Positions 51,294-61,399 are shown, numbered from the whole stretch's first letter. The stretch: DNA of 63,816 bases, filler included, from Candidatus Coatesbacteria bacterium (GCA_016927185.1; 5 parts of 5 records of this genome joined end to end with filler, not necessarily neighbours in it), one strand, 5' to 3'. Numbers and translations are program-made. Notes: generated by a model not told the origin, from the sequence alone.

Positions 51294-51737
51294 TCATTTA
51301 CATGTAATCATGCCAATTGCTGACAGATAAATCAGGAAAATTATCAGGGAAACAAGTCCTGCTGCGAAAAGCGTGAAATAAATGGCACCATGTCCCTTCC
51401 TGACTGGTATTACTGTGTCGGAAGGAGGATTAATATTTCCGAATCTGAGACACATATCTCTTATTGTATCAAGTGCATCAGATGAGTTGAGAGAATAATC
51501 CTTTTCATGATGTTGCGAAGCAATTTCCTTTTCCTGTTTAACAGCCTTCAGGATTTCCATGAACCGTGACAAATACAAATTCCTGTTATATTTGTCACTG
51601 CTTCTTAATGCTGCTCCCTCTTTCTCCAGTATAAGCAGAGAACCGCAAGCAGGACAGACAAACAGATCATTCCCTGCCGGTTTGAAATCCTTTCCGGAAT
51701 ATCCGCAATTAGGGCATTTAAGTTCAACAAACTGCAT
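51294..51737 (-). CDS. Zinc-ribbon protein with C-terminal TM anchor
   Basis: CPNCG...CPACG; hydrophobic C-terminus. Confidence 0.75.
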   Translation of the reverse strand: MQFVELKCPNCGYSGKDFKPAGNDLFVCPACGSLLILEKEGAALRSSDKYNRNLYLSRFMEILKAVKQEKEIASQHHEKDYSLNSSDALDTIRDMCLRFGNINPPSDTVIPVRKGHGAIYFTLFAAGLVSLIIFLIYLSAIGMITCK

Positions 51738-51757
51738 ATAACTGAGTTAGTTGCTTC

Positions 51758-51785
51758 ATTATAAGTGATATAATTGTCAAGTCAA
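51758..51785 (-). promoter_or_regulatory. Putative sigma70 promoter for the zinc-ribbon/ankyrin operon
   Basis: Minus strand TTGACT-16 nt-TATAAT, about 20 nt upstream of ATG 51737. Confidence 0.55.
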
Positions 51786-51896
51786 TTCAAAGCTTTCACT
51801 TTTCAATAAAGCAAGAAAATCATTTTCCCTCAGTCCTGCTGATATCAATTTGCATACAGGTTTTCACTAAATAAAATAACCATTCCATCAGTCTCT

Positions 51897-51941
51897 GGGG
51901 CTAGATTAAAAAAGAGAATAAAAATCCTTGACAATCTATTT
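51897..51941 (+). repeat. 45-bp repeat shared with 26298-26342, followed by T12 tract and contig end
   Basis: Exact reverse-complement match; contains TTGACA. Confidence 0.8.
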
Positions 51942-51960
51942 CTTTTTTTTTTTTGACTAT

Positions 51961-52060
51961 NNNNNNNNNNNNNNNNNNNNNNNNNNNNNNNNNNNNNNNN
52001 NNNNTTAATTAATTAANNNNNNNNNNNNNNNNNNNNNNNNNNNNNNNNNNNNNNNNNNNN
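51961..52060. other. Artificial contig-joining linker
   Basis: N44-TTAATTAATTAA-N44. Confidence 0.97.
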
Positions 52061-52087
52061 TACAAGGAGAGGGGCTAGGGGTGAGGT
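52061..52087 (+). repeat. Half of a CCTCACCCC..CCCTCTCC-type REP-like palindrome at the contig edge
   Basis: TACAAGGAGAGGGGCTAGGGGTGAGGT, GC-rich in an AT-rich context. Confidence 0.45.
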
Positions 52088-52291
52088 GTCAAAAAGAAGC
52101 TTTTTCTAATGATGGTTTGTAAAGTCTTCGGGGATTTCCTTGCTGGACTAAAACATCAATCAGATAAATCCATGTTTATTAAGCACTTATAATAATACTT
52201 CCATTAGAGGTATAGCTATTGTAATCATCTGTTTATGAGCGTTAGAGCGGGATAGAGAGAGTTTTAGTAAAAGTCAGGATTTATCAGTTTT

Positions 52292-55200
52292 TCAAAATAA
52301 CTTTGCAGTCAGCTCATCAATCTCCTTTTTAATCCTGATAGTCTCATTTATAGAACTGAATATGCAAGAAAGATAAGCAAGATCCTGCTCTTCAAGCATT
52401 CTTCCCTGCCTTGACTTAAGCCACTGCCTTATAACTTCATATCCTCCAACATTATATTTCCATAAATCAAGGGGAATCTCTTTGAAAAAACTGGTTCCAC
52501 TTATATGAAGTTTGCTGTCCTTGTAACTTATTCTTTGTACAAGACTTCCATCTGACTTTCCCTTTCCAGATGAAAATTCACTGCCTGCAGACTGCGATCT
52601 CTGCAAATGATTGTATATCAACTTGATCCCGCAAAATGACAGCTTGCTGAAACTGTCTTCATCATCAATGAACGGGATTCTCGGATAATCTATTTTCAAA
52701 AATTCTAAGAAAGTATTCACATATATTGAAGAATTAAGAACTGCATAAATATAACCTAGAATTTCAAGACAATCGTGTCTGTGCTTATATCTTGATAATA
52801 TGAATTCCAGGAATTCCTTGTTGAAATTCGCTATGCGGAACTCATTACTCTCCACTCTTCCCTGTTTCTCATTCGTGCTTTCCCCATAAAGATAAAGTGG
52901 TGCAAAATACGTCCATTCATTTAGAAAACAGCAATCTGTGAGAATGTCAGTCACAAACACAGGGAAAATTTCCGATTTTACATATCTTGTAAAAGCAAGT
53001 GCAATGTTCTCATTACCAGAAATATGCTTCATAACCTTTTCTGCTGGATTACTTGTAAATCCCTTCTCATAGTAAATAAACCGCTCATCATATGGACGGA
53101 ACATGAATCTCTTTATGGAATTCCTGCTGAAAGATAGATTCTCAAGCCTCTTCAGGAAAGAATAATGACCTGAATCATAAATTCTGTATTTCTCCCTGAA
53201 ATCATCATCGAAATCACCTGAAAATGCTCTTGTCATTCTTCCGGCAAGAACGTCTTCATCAATATCTATCATGAGCTCATTTCTGTCACTCTTGACACCA
53301 CTTGCGAAATCCTTGAATATCTCGTTCAAGCCCCAATATTCTCCATAATTCTTGACAAAAACGTTATTTTTCATCGGCTCAAATAAATTGAAATAAGGGA
53401 TTTTCCTGCTCCATCTTGTTCTTGAAAACTCGCTATCAAACTCATCTGGTTCAATGCTTATCCAGTCAGTATCTGAAATATCATGTTCCTCCAGAAATTT
53501 CAGCTTTTCATCCCTGCTTCCAAATAAATCAGAATAATAAATTCTGGCTCTGTTTTCACAGCCAGCATTCTTGATGAAGAAAGTTATTGCTACACCTTGC
53601 TTTATGTCAAAAATATTATCATCCTTCAATCCATGTTCCCTTTTTTCAAGGTGTCTCTTATCTCCATGAAGATCAAGCACATAAATGAAATCAAAACTTC
53701 CGCAAAGTTCTCGTCTCATCTTTCTCAATGTAACTGCATTTATGAAAGAGCTGTTTGTGATTATCCCGATAGCACCCTTGCCTGACTTTTCCAGCTCAAA
53801 ATGTGCAAAACGAATGAATTTTATATAATCATCCCAGTTGAGCTTCTTCTCGCCAGAAGGCTTGTATAATTCAAGTAGATCCTTAATCCATGCGTTCTTG
53901 TTCTTGGATTTCACGTTGTATGGAGGATTTCCCATAATTACAAGTGTCTTCTGATTGCACTTCCTTTCATCACTGAATGGAAACAATTCAACTTCAACTG
54001 CATCATCAAGAGTATTCTTTAATATTATATTGTAATAAGGTTTCTTTCTTGAATTGGATTCAGTGAATTCACTTCCCGAAAACAGACACTCGAAAACAAG
54101 ATTTACAACAACATACGGGACAAACATGAACTCGAAGCCAGTTATACTGTTATTCATTATATCTTTTCTAATGCCTTTTTCCTGCAGAAACTTAAACAGC
54201 TCCATCAGGAAAATTCCTGTTCCAGTCGCGAAATCAAGTATGGCAGTATCATTGCTTTCCAAGCCATGAGGCATATCAAGTTTATTCTTCAAGATTTTAT
54301 CCAGTGAATTTATTATATAACGGACAACTGGAATAGGAGTGTAATAAACACCTCTGTCCTTCTTGTGCAGGGGATCCATTGTTCTCAAGAATTCCTCATA
54401 AAAATATATGTAAGGATGATAATGCGATGCTTTTTCCCTGCCTCTTGAAATATCTCTTAAGATTTCGTCTCTGTGAATACTGTTGATAATGCCGACTGCT
54501 TCCTTTTGAATAATTTTGACAAAAAGCGGGATTTTTGCAGATTCAAAAACCTGAAGTATATCAGTGAATATATGAAACCTGCTATCAATATGGAGAGATA
54601 ATCTCTCGTCTATCCAGCCTGCTTTTCCGTTCATATATGCAAGAAATGCTCCATAAATCCATAACTGGCAGCAAGCATCTGCAAAATCGTCATAATCAAG
54701 ATCCTGGACTGACTTTCCCCTTATTTTATTGAAGAGTTTTGCAAATTCTCTTGAAAAATCATTTTTATCTTTTCTGCTATCAATCAGATAATTCCTCAAT
54801 ACAGATGCTCTTGCAGATAACTCTAAAGCCAGATCCCTGCTTTTTGTTATTGAAGATGGTTTGCTGGAAATGAATTTCTTGAATATACCCATAAGCAATG
54901 AAATTTTCGAAGAATCTATTCTGAAGTCATTTTTCAGCAAATCCTCTTTAACAAACAAGACTGCTTTTTCATCGATATTACCGGATGAAAGACGGAAACC
55001 ATTCAAGCTTGCTTTCATGAGATTTGCTGCTATATATGGATATTTCCGTATGCTTTTCTCACCTTTTTTCAAAACAGAATCAATGAAAGACAACTCAATA
55101 TCTATGTATCCAGTTATAATGCCATCTTTCTCTATCCTTAAAGTCGGAAGTGAATCATGATTATTTGAAATAATCTCAAGAGAATCTGCATCATTGAACA

Positions 55201-55315
55201 GAGACAAAATGTCCTTCAGAAATCCATATAATGCTTCTTGTAGAAGCTGCACTGAACAAGAAGATTTGCCAATCTCATGCAAATATCTCTCTGCTATTTC
55301 ATGCATGTTTTCCAT
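52292..55315 (-). CDS. Type ISP/IIG-like N6-adenine DNA methyltransferase with C-terminal specificity domain, no helicase
   Basis: YFYEEFL, RGVYYTP..VV, LDFATGTG, GNPPYN, YPRIP, GGYEVIRQWLK. Confidence 0.88.
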   Translation of the reverse strand: MENMHEIAERYLHEIGKSSCSVQLLQEALYGFLKDILSLFNDADSLEIISNNHDSLPTLRIEKDGIITGYIDIELSFIDSVLKKGEKSIRKYPYIAANLMKASLNGFRLSSGNIDEKAVLFVKEDLLKNDFRIDSSKISLLMGIFKKFISSKPSSITKSRDLALELSARASVLRNYLIDSRKDKNDFSREFAKLFNKIRGKSVQDLDYDDFADACCQLWIYGAFLAYMNGKAGWIDERLSLHIDSRFHIFTDILQVFESAKIPLFVKIIQKEAVGIINSIHRDEILRDISRGREKASHYHPYIYFYEEFLRTMDPLHKKDRGVYYTPIPVVRYIINSLDKILKNKLDMPHGLESNDTAILDFATGTGIFLMELFKFLQEKGIRKDIMNNSITGFEFMFVPYVVVNLVFECLFSGSEFTESNSRKKPYYNIILKNTLDDAVEVELFPFSDERKCNQKTLVIMGNPPYNVKSKNKNAWIKDLLELYKPSGEKKLNWDDYIKFIRFAHFELEKSGKGAIGIITNSSFINAVTLRKMRRELCGSFDFIYVLDLHGDKRHLEKREHGLKDDNIFDIKQGVAITFFIKNAGCENRARIYYSDLFGSRDEKLKFLEEHDISDTDWISIEPDEFDSEFSRTRWSRKIPYFNLFEPMKNNVFVKNYGEYWGLNEIFKDFASGVKSDRNELMIDIDEDVLAGRMTRAFSGDFDDDFREKYRIYDSGHYSFLKRLENLSFSRNSIKRFMFRPYDERFIYYEKGFTSNPAEKVMKHISGNENIALAFTRYVKSEIFPVFVTDILTDCCFLNEWTYFAPLYLYGESTNEKQGRVESNEFRIANFNKEFLEFILSRYKHRHDCLEILGYIYAVLNSSIYVNTFLEFLKIDYPRIPFIDDEDSFSKLSFCGIKLIYNHLQRSQSAGSEFSSGKGKSDGSLVQRISYKDSKLHISGTSFFKEIPLDLWKYNVGGYEVIRQWLKSRQGRMLEEQDLAYLSCIFSSINETIRIKKEIDELTAKLF

Positions 55316-55453
55316 TATTCCCTGAAAAATCCTGAATTGGAAACATTCCAGTCAAGCATAATATAATAACTTATCATGTTATTGAAGTAACTTTCTCTTG
55401 ACATAACTTGCCTTAACTTATGCATGTAGCAACGTTTTTTTAGGGAGGACATC

Positions 55454-56392
55454 ATGAATATTTATATATTGATTTCAGCAATGATTCTTTATGTCTCTTT
55501 TGCTTTTGCCAAACAGGCACCATCATTCGATGGAGAGGATCTTGAGGGAAACAAGTGGAAACTTAAAGACAATGCAGGTAAGTCCTTTATTCTTGTTGAT
55601 TTCTGGAGCACAACCTGCGAACCATGCAAGGATGAACACCCTCATCTGAACTCCATAAAGAAGAAATTCAAGGATAAGATAACTATTGTTGCAATAAGCC
55701 TTGATCCAGCATCAAGAAAATCCAAGGTCAAATCATACATGATTTCAAATGCATTCGATTTCAAGGTTCTGATAGATTCCAACAAGGAAATAGCAAGATT
55801 GTTTCAGGTAAATGATATTCCACAGATTTTTCTCATTGATATCAAAGGGGAAATTGTTTACAGCCATAGAGGTTATTCTCCAGGTGATGAAATAGAGATG
55901 AAGAAAAAGATTGAGGAAATAATAGAAAAAAAGGAGAAGACAGAGGAAAAGACAGGTACAAGAAAAGTATGCATTCCAATCAAGACAACTGATTTGAATG
56001 GAAAGGAGTTCTGCCTGGAAGACATATACAAGAAAGGTGCGGTAATTATTGATTTCTGGTCTACAACTTGCAGCCCTTGCAAGGATGAGCATCTTGTACT
56101 GTCGGATTTCCTGGGCAAATACGCAAAGAACGGACTGCAAATAGTCAGCATTTCAACTGATCCTGCATCCAAGAAAAACAAGATAATCCCTTACCTGGTA
56201 AGCAATAAATATGATTTCATCCCAATACATGACGAGGATGGATCAATCAAGAGACAGTATCAGGTAACTTCAATACCTGTCGTCTTCATAATAAACAAGA
56301 ATGGTGAAATAGTATATCAGCATACCGGTTATGAACCAGGTGACGAAGACGAACTGGAAAAATGGTTGAAAATAGCATTGGGTATTTCTTAA
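55454..56392 (+). CDS. Exported tandem TlpA/ResA-like thioredoxin (two domains)
   Basis: Signal peptide; DFWSTTCEPC and DFWSTTCSPC, each with a cis-Pro IP motif; GGGAGG RBS. Confidence 0.9.
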   Translation: MNIYILISAMILYVSFAFAKQAPSFDGEDLEGNKWKLKDNAGKSFILVDFWSTTCEPCKDEHPHLNSIKKKFKDKITIVAISLDPASRKSKVKSYMISNAFDFKVLIDSNKEIARLFQVNDIPQIFLIDIKGEIVYSHRGYSPGDEIEMKKKIEEIIEKKEKTEEKTGTRKVCIPIKTTDLNGKEFCLEDIYKKGAVIIDFWSTTCSPCKDEHLVLSDFLGKYAKNGLQIVSISTDPASKKNKIIPYLVSNKYDFIPIHDEDGSIKRQYQVTSIPVVFIINKNGEIVYQHTGYEPGDEDELEKWLKIALGIS

Positions 56393-56403
56393 GAAAGGAC
56401 AAT

Positions 56404-57801
56404 ATGAAATATTACAGTATTCTTCTCTTGCTTTTCTTTTCAACAGCTGCTTATGCACTGTCAATTCAGGGAGAGAACTATCTTGAGTATGAAAGAAATG
56501 ACAGTACTGAAATAGATGCCTTCAAGGACAAACTGAACATAGATGCAATGGAACAGAATTTCATGGCTGGCATCAGGTTCTATTTGAGGGAAAGAACAGA
56601 CAGTCTGGGACAGGGCATAGAGCAGATAGACAGACGCTATTTTTCATGGAAACAGGATTACATAAAAGCCACTTTCGGAAACTTCTACCAGACATTCGGA
56701 AGGGGACTTACTTTTGCAGCATTCGAAGATGAAACAATAGATCTGGATAGATTTCTTGATGGAGTGATTATAAAGGGAGGAAAAAGGCATTATACAGCTA
56801 CAGGAATGGTAGCAAAAGGATGGAATGACCAGACTGGAAACAAGGTAATGAGCAAGGGAGGAGAACTTGCTTTCGGGATTTTCCCGGAAAACCAGATATC
56901 ATTTGGAGGCTCTTTCATAAGAGCTGATGTATTCCCGGAGGACGAGGGAAATGTCAATGAATATGACCTGCCTGCATTATTCCTGGGAGCAAGACATAAG
57001 GGTTTTGATTTTTATACAGAAATTGCCCAGAAACAGGATGTATATAACAAGGATGTAAAAAAAGGCGAAGGTCTTTACAGTACAATAGGTTATTACAAAC
57101 CTGGATATGGCATCAATTTCGAATACAAAAACTTTTACAGAATGGACTTTGATTATAATTCTCCACCTCCATGTACAAAAAGCGGATATAATCTGAATGG
57201 CAACTCTGATGAATATGGATATAAGACAGAAGCTAATCTTGCGCTTATCAAGGAAGTCAATATGAGTGGTGGATATAGCAAGATAGATACAAAAAATTCA
57301 GATGAATACAGAAGGGAAATATTTGGCGAAACAAAATATTCACTGCCTGATGATAAGGGATTTACTACAGGTTACCATACATATACTGCAATAATGTATT
57401 ATTCACCATCAAGAGGATATTATATACACAAATGGCATGAGCCAGCTCTTAAAGTCTCGTATAAGTTCCTCACCAAACATACTGTCACTGTTTACGGGCA
57501 AATGAGGCTTAACAATCATGATATTACTGGAAAATACAAGGAATACTATTCTTATCTTGTATATAATTTCTCGCCTTATTTCAAACTTGTTGGTGCACTT
57601 GAAAAATCCGAGATTGAGGACCCATACAGCAATAACAAGACGACATGGGGTTACGGACAGGTTATTGTTCCTGTAACAAATGATCATGAACTGAGTGTTA
57701 TGTATGGTTCAGAAAGGGGAGGCTTAAGCTGTGCAGGAGGTGTCTGCAAATACAAGGAACCTTTCACTGGCTTCAGGATAACTTTCAGAAGTAATTTCTA
57801 A
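56404..57801 (+). CDS. Outer-membrane beta-barrel, DUF6029-like
   Basis: Signal peptide, GNFYQTFGRGL, beta-strand pattern, C-terminal GGLSCAGGVCKY..PF.G..F. Confidence 0.78.
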   Translation: MKYYSILLLLFFSTAAYALSIQGENYLEYERNDSTEIDAFKDKLNIDAMEQNFMAGIRFYLRERTDSLGQGIEQIDRRYFSWKQDYIKATFGNFYQTFGRGLTFAAFEDETIDLDRFLDGVIIKGGKRHYTATGMVAKGWNDQTGNKVMSKGGELAFGIFPENQISFGGSFIRADVFPEDEGNVNEYDLPALFLGARHKGFDFYTEIAQKQDVYNKDVKKGEGLYSTIGYYKPGYGINFEYKNFYRMDFDYNSPPPCTKSGYNLNGNSDEYGYKTEANLALIKEVNMSGGYSKIDTKNSDEYRREIFGETKYSLPDDKGFTTGYHTYTAIMYYSPSRGYYIHKWHEPALKVSYKFLTKHTVTVYGQMRLNNHDITGKYKEYYSYLVYNFSPYFKLVGALEKSEIEDPYSNNKTTWGYGQVIVPVTNDHELSVMYGSERGGLSCAGGVCKYKEPFTGFRITFRSNF

Positions 57802-57804
57802 AAA

Positions 57805-58944
57805 ATGTGGAAAACCTTCTTCTTTTGCATTGTTATCTTGCTTGCTGGATGTGGAATTGAAGAAGACATGAAATGGTTCAACCAGACAACCCAGAATGAT
57901 GTCATTATTTGTGAAAACAACGTTGATTACTTTACCCCTGAAGCTGAGATAGAATTCAAGTTAATAAAGATATTGAAACCTGAGATAAAATTCTCTGCAA
58001 CAGGAGCAGAAATAGGCTCCATTGTAATAGATAGTAAAAATCTCATCTTTTTCACAGATAACAGAAGATGCGAGGTGTACAAGATAAATTCTCAATCATT
58101 TAATGCGGAGCTGCTTGTCCCATTCGGTCATCTTGAAAACCATGTATCAAAACCATTCGGTCTTGCCTTGAAGAGTGATACTTTATGGGTAGGAGACTTG
58201 CTGAGAAGAGCCTGGATATGTTTTGATAGGAACGGTTTTCAAATAAGGGAGATGAAGTTCGAAAATACGCTTCCTACTGACATCATTTTCAGTAAAAACA
58301 GCTATTATGCCGTCTTTGTTAATTATGAAGGAAGCAGGCTTTCAAGAAACCTGTACAGGATGGCATATGATGATAATTCCAGGGGAACTTGCCTTTATTC
58401 AGCGGAAATTGACTGCAGCAAGGAAGGCTATGAAAAGCTTCTTTTCAATTATACAGTAGACAATAATGAAGTTGTGACTGTATGCCCTTATGAAACAGAT
58501 GATTACACAATAGAAATAATCTCCGGAAAATCTGTATATGCAAAAATAAAAAAAAGTTACAATGCAGAAAACCTTGAAACAGATAACAAGAATTTCAATA
58601 ATGAGATGGTTAACAGAATCAACAATTTCTGTCATGCTGGAAACAAGATGACAAAGATTGCACTTAACAAGAATTTCAAGAAACGATCAATCCTTTTTTC
58701 ATTCATTGACGGCAATGGTGACATTCTTGCATGCTGCAACGAGGAATCAGGTGATTACAGGTTTGATCTGTTTTCTAAGGAAGGAGTATTGACAGCTCAA
58801 GGCAGGCTAAAGGGAGCAAGAGATGCATTAATATGTTATTCAAGGCCTTATATTATTGTCTATAAGAATCAACTGCCCCAGGCTCCATTGATAAGTATAT
58901 ACAGTTATGAATTGAAAAGGAAGAAGAATGAAAAGAACAGTTAG
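57805..58944 (+). CDS. Lipoprotein, 6-bladed beta-propeller/NHL-like
   Basis: LAGC lipobox; IFFTD, KPFGLAL..DTLWVGD blades. Confidence 0.72.
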   Translation: MWKTFFFCIVILLAGCGIEEDMKWFNQTTQNDVIICENNVDYFTPEAEIEFKLIKILKPEIKFSATGAEIGSIVIDSKNLIFFTDNRRCEVYKINSQSFNAELLVPFGHLENHVSKPFGLALKSDTLWVGDLLRRAWICFDRNGFQIREMKFENTLPTDIIFSKNSYYAVFVNYEGSRLSRNLYRMAYDDNSRGTCLYSAEIDCSKEGYEKLLFNYTVDNNEVVTVCPYETDDYTIEIISGKSVYAKIKKSYNAENLETDNKNFNNEMVNRINNFCHAGNKMTKIALNKNFKKRSILFSFIDGNGDILACCNEESGDYRFDLFSKEGVLTAQGRLKGARDALICYSRPYIIVYKNQLPQAPLISIYSYELKRKKNEKNS

Positions 58945-60133
58945 CATGATACTCTTGTTATTGATTTCAGGATTAAATGCAACTCAGCTTGAGATATTAT
59001 ATTCGGATCATGTTTCTGCAATCCTTACTGATTGCCACTGTCCAGAAGATTCTCTGGGTGGATTGATACACAGGGTAACTTATATAGACAAGCAGAGGAA
59101 TGAATACCCAGATTTGCTGCTTCTTGATGCTGGTGGATGGAGCAATGGTTCAAGGGATAACATGAACGACAATTCCTTCGTGCTTCCCTTCTATTCCTTA
59201 ATGAAATATGATGCAATTGGACTGGGAGTAAGCGAGCTTAAACTTGGGGAGGAAAACCTGATTTCACTTATAGAGAACAAGGAATTCCCCGTGATTGCGA
59301 GTAATCTCTTGAGAAAGGAAGACAGGAAGCCCGTTACAAGGCAGTTTATAATCACAGAGAGGAAAGGTTCAAGGATTGCAATACTGAGTATAATAGAACC
59401 TTCACTTGGTAATAAGCTTCTTGATAAATTCTATCTTGATGATCCTGCAAATGCGCTTAAACCGCTTATTCAGGAACTCAGGCAGAAGGCTGATTTCATT
59501 ATACTTCTTACCCAGTCTGATATTTCTTTCTCTATTGCACTTGGCGAACAATTCAGGGATATAAATCTGGTAATAGAATCTTTTACAACTGCTCCATTCG
59601 AGAAACCTATTGCACTGGAAAGCAATGGATATCTTGTATCTTATGGTTCAGGTGAGGGTTTTGGATTCATAAAGACGAATGCAGAGAAGAATAAGGGATT
59701 TACTGAATTCAATCAGAAATTCGTTCCTGTTTACAGGAATCTTGAGATAAAAAGCGAGGCAAAAGAGCTTTATGAAAAGGCATTAAAGAAGGCTGATGCT
59801 ATAGAGATTGATAGTGGAAGGAAAAAAAGCTGTTCTGAAAAAAAGGGAGAAAAGATACTAATAAGATATTTCTATTCAAGAACTTGCAAATACTGCATGG
59901 AAGTGACTGATAAAATAATCCCGGAGATTATCAGGGAATTCCCACTTTGCATATTGTTCTATGACATAAGCAATACTTCAGATTACAAGAAGCTAGTTTA
60001 TGAAGAACAGGAACTCAGGGTAAAGAGGCTGGATATCCCTGCTTTCACTTTCCGGGATGGTTACATACATGGTGAGAAGGAAGTAAATCTTGAAAAACTC
60101 AAAGAAGAGATAAGAAAAAGAATACAGCAATAG
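58928..60133 (+). CDS. Exported UshA/5'-nucleotidase-like domain (CxC motif) fused to thioredoxin-like CxxC domain
   Basis: CHCPEDSLGGL, LLLDAG, YDAIGLG..E, FPVIASN; C-terminal YFYSRTCKYC..DIP. Confidence 0.78.
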   Translation: MKRTVSMILLLLISGLNATQLEILYSDHVSAILTDCHCPEDSLGGLIHRVTYIDKQRNEYPDLLLLDAGGWSNGSRDNMNDNSFVLPFYSLMKYDAIGLGVSELKLGEENLISLIENKEFPVIASNLLRKEDRKPVTRQFIITERKGSRIAILSIIEPSLGNKLLDKFYLDDPANALKPLIQELRQKADFIILLTQSDISFSIALGEQFRDINLVIESFTTAPFEKPIALESNGYLVSYGSGEGFGFIKTNAEKNKGFTEFNQKFVPVYRNLEIKSEAKELYEKALKKADAIEIDSGRKKSCSEKKGEKILIRYFYSRTCKYCMEVTDKIIPEIIREFPLCILFYDISNTSDYKKLVYEEQELRVKRLDIPAFTFRDGYIHGEKEVNLEKLKEEIRKRIQQ

Positions 60134-60142
60134 GAGATAAAG

Positions 60143-61399
60143 ATGCGATTATTTATGGTTTTATTTCTTTTATGTCCAGTAATCCTGAATTCCGAACAGG
60201 TCTTGAATATCGCTATAAGTTATTGCATTTATGGACCTTACGGTGATTCAAGTTGCAGCTGCAAAGGTCTGGGAGGAATGGCTCAGCTTGCAAATATAAT
60301 TTATGAGATAAAAAAGAGAAATAATTCCTTGCTGGTTGTTGATCTGGGAAATTTCTTAAGCGGAAAACCTAACACTGATGATCTTGACATGTCTGCATTG
60401 AAAATGATGGAATACATGGAATACGATGCCATGAACATCGGTGAAAACGAGATAAAGGATGCTCCTTCATGGATAGACAGGTTCTCACCTCATCTCAAAA
60501 CTCCCATGCTTTCCATAAATATAGCTTCGCTTTCTAAAAACTATCCATTATATCTGCCCTGGACAATAGTGAAAAAAGGTGATTTAAGAATAGGTATTGT
60601 AGGCATGTCAGACGCATCAAGATTCAACAGCGAATTTCTCAAGCTGCATGATCTGAAGATGGGCATCATGGATTTGCAGATGAAAAGCGTACTCGATCTT
60701 TTGAAGGACAAGACAGATATAATGATACTGCTTTATTATGGATATTTCTCGGAAGCTATTGATATAGCGAAGAAATTCCCTCAATTCAAGATAATACTTG
60801 TTGGTGGCAAGGACAAGAATCATAACAGCAGGATAGTCTATCCTATGAAATCAATGGTACTAGAACTCCCTTATACCCAGCAACTTTGCCTTCTCAATGT
60901 ATTCATTGACAAAGGTGCAGTCCAGAGTTTCATTCCACAGATATATTATCTAGGTCATATTGCACCTGATAATACTGCTGATCAGATAATAAGATATTAC
61001 AGCAAGCCACCTGAAAGGAATCCCTCTCTTGAAAACAGCAGGCTTGTGGAAAAAGAAGACTGGAAGCCAGGACAGATCTGCATGGAAGTTTTCTATTCAG
61101 AAAACTGCCCTCATTGCAGGAGCTTTCTCAAGAACATTCTGCCAGCAATAAAACAAGGTAACCAGCTTAATATTTCATATTATAATATTGACAAAAAAGA
61201 AGATTATCTAATTTTACTTCAAAGGGAGAAGAGATTTAACCATAAAACAGGAGATATGCCAGCTGTTGTTTTGCCTTCAGCAATTATTTCAGGACCTGAT
61301 GAATGCAATTTGAAAAATTTGAGTGATGCAATTGGAAAGGCAAATATGGCTAAAGAAGGCATTCTTCCTGAGTGGTTATCCATATTCAGGTCATATTAG
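60143..61399 (+). CDS. Second UshA-like (CxC) plus thioredoxin-like (CPHC) fusion
   Basis: CSCKGLGG, VDLGN, YDAMNIGENE, IGIVG; C-terminal VFYSENCPHC..MP. Confidence 0.78.
   Translation: MRLFMVLFLLCPVILNSEQVLNIAISYCIYGPYGDSSCSCKGLGGMAQLANIIYEIKKRNNSLLVVDLGNFLSGKPNTDDLDMSALKMMEYMEYDAMNIGENEIKDAPSWIDRFSPHLKTPMLSINIASLSKNYPLYLPWTIVKKGDLRIGIVGMSDASRFNSEFLKLHDLKMGIMDLQMKSVLDLLKDKTDIMILLYYGYFSEAIDIAKKFPQFKIILVGGKDKNHNSRIVYPMKSMVLELPYTQQLCLLNVFIDKGAVQSFIPQIYYLGHIAPDNTADQIIRYYSKPPERNPSLENSRLVEKEDWKPGQICMEVFYSENCPHCRSFLKNILPAIKQGNQLNISYYNIDKKEDYLILLQREKRFNHKTGDMPAVVLPSAIISGPDECNLKNLSDAIGKANMAKEGILPEWLSIFRSY

Noticed and set aside
26198-52060. Four identical TTAATTAATTAA palindromes within N runs
   Set aside because: Artificial six-frame-stop linkers, not biology; ORFs containing X are artefacts and cross-linker gene neighbourhoods are invalid
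55454-61399. Selenocysteine (TGA readthrough) in redox motifs
   Set aside because: All CxC and CxxC positions are TGC/TGT; no in-frame TGA
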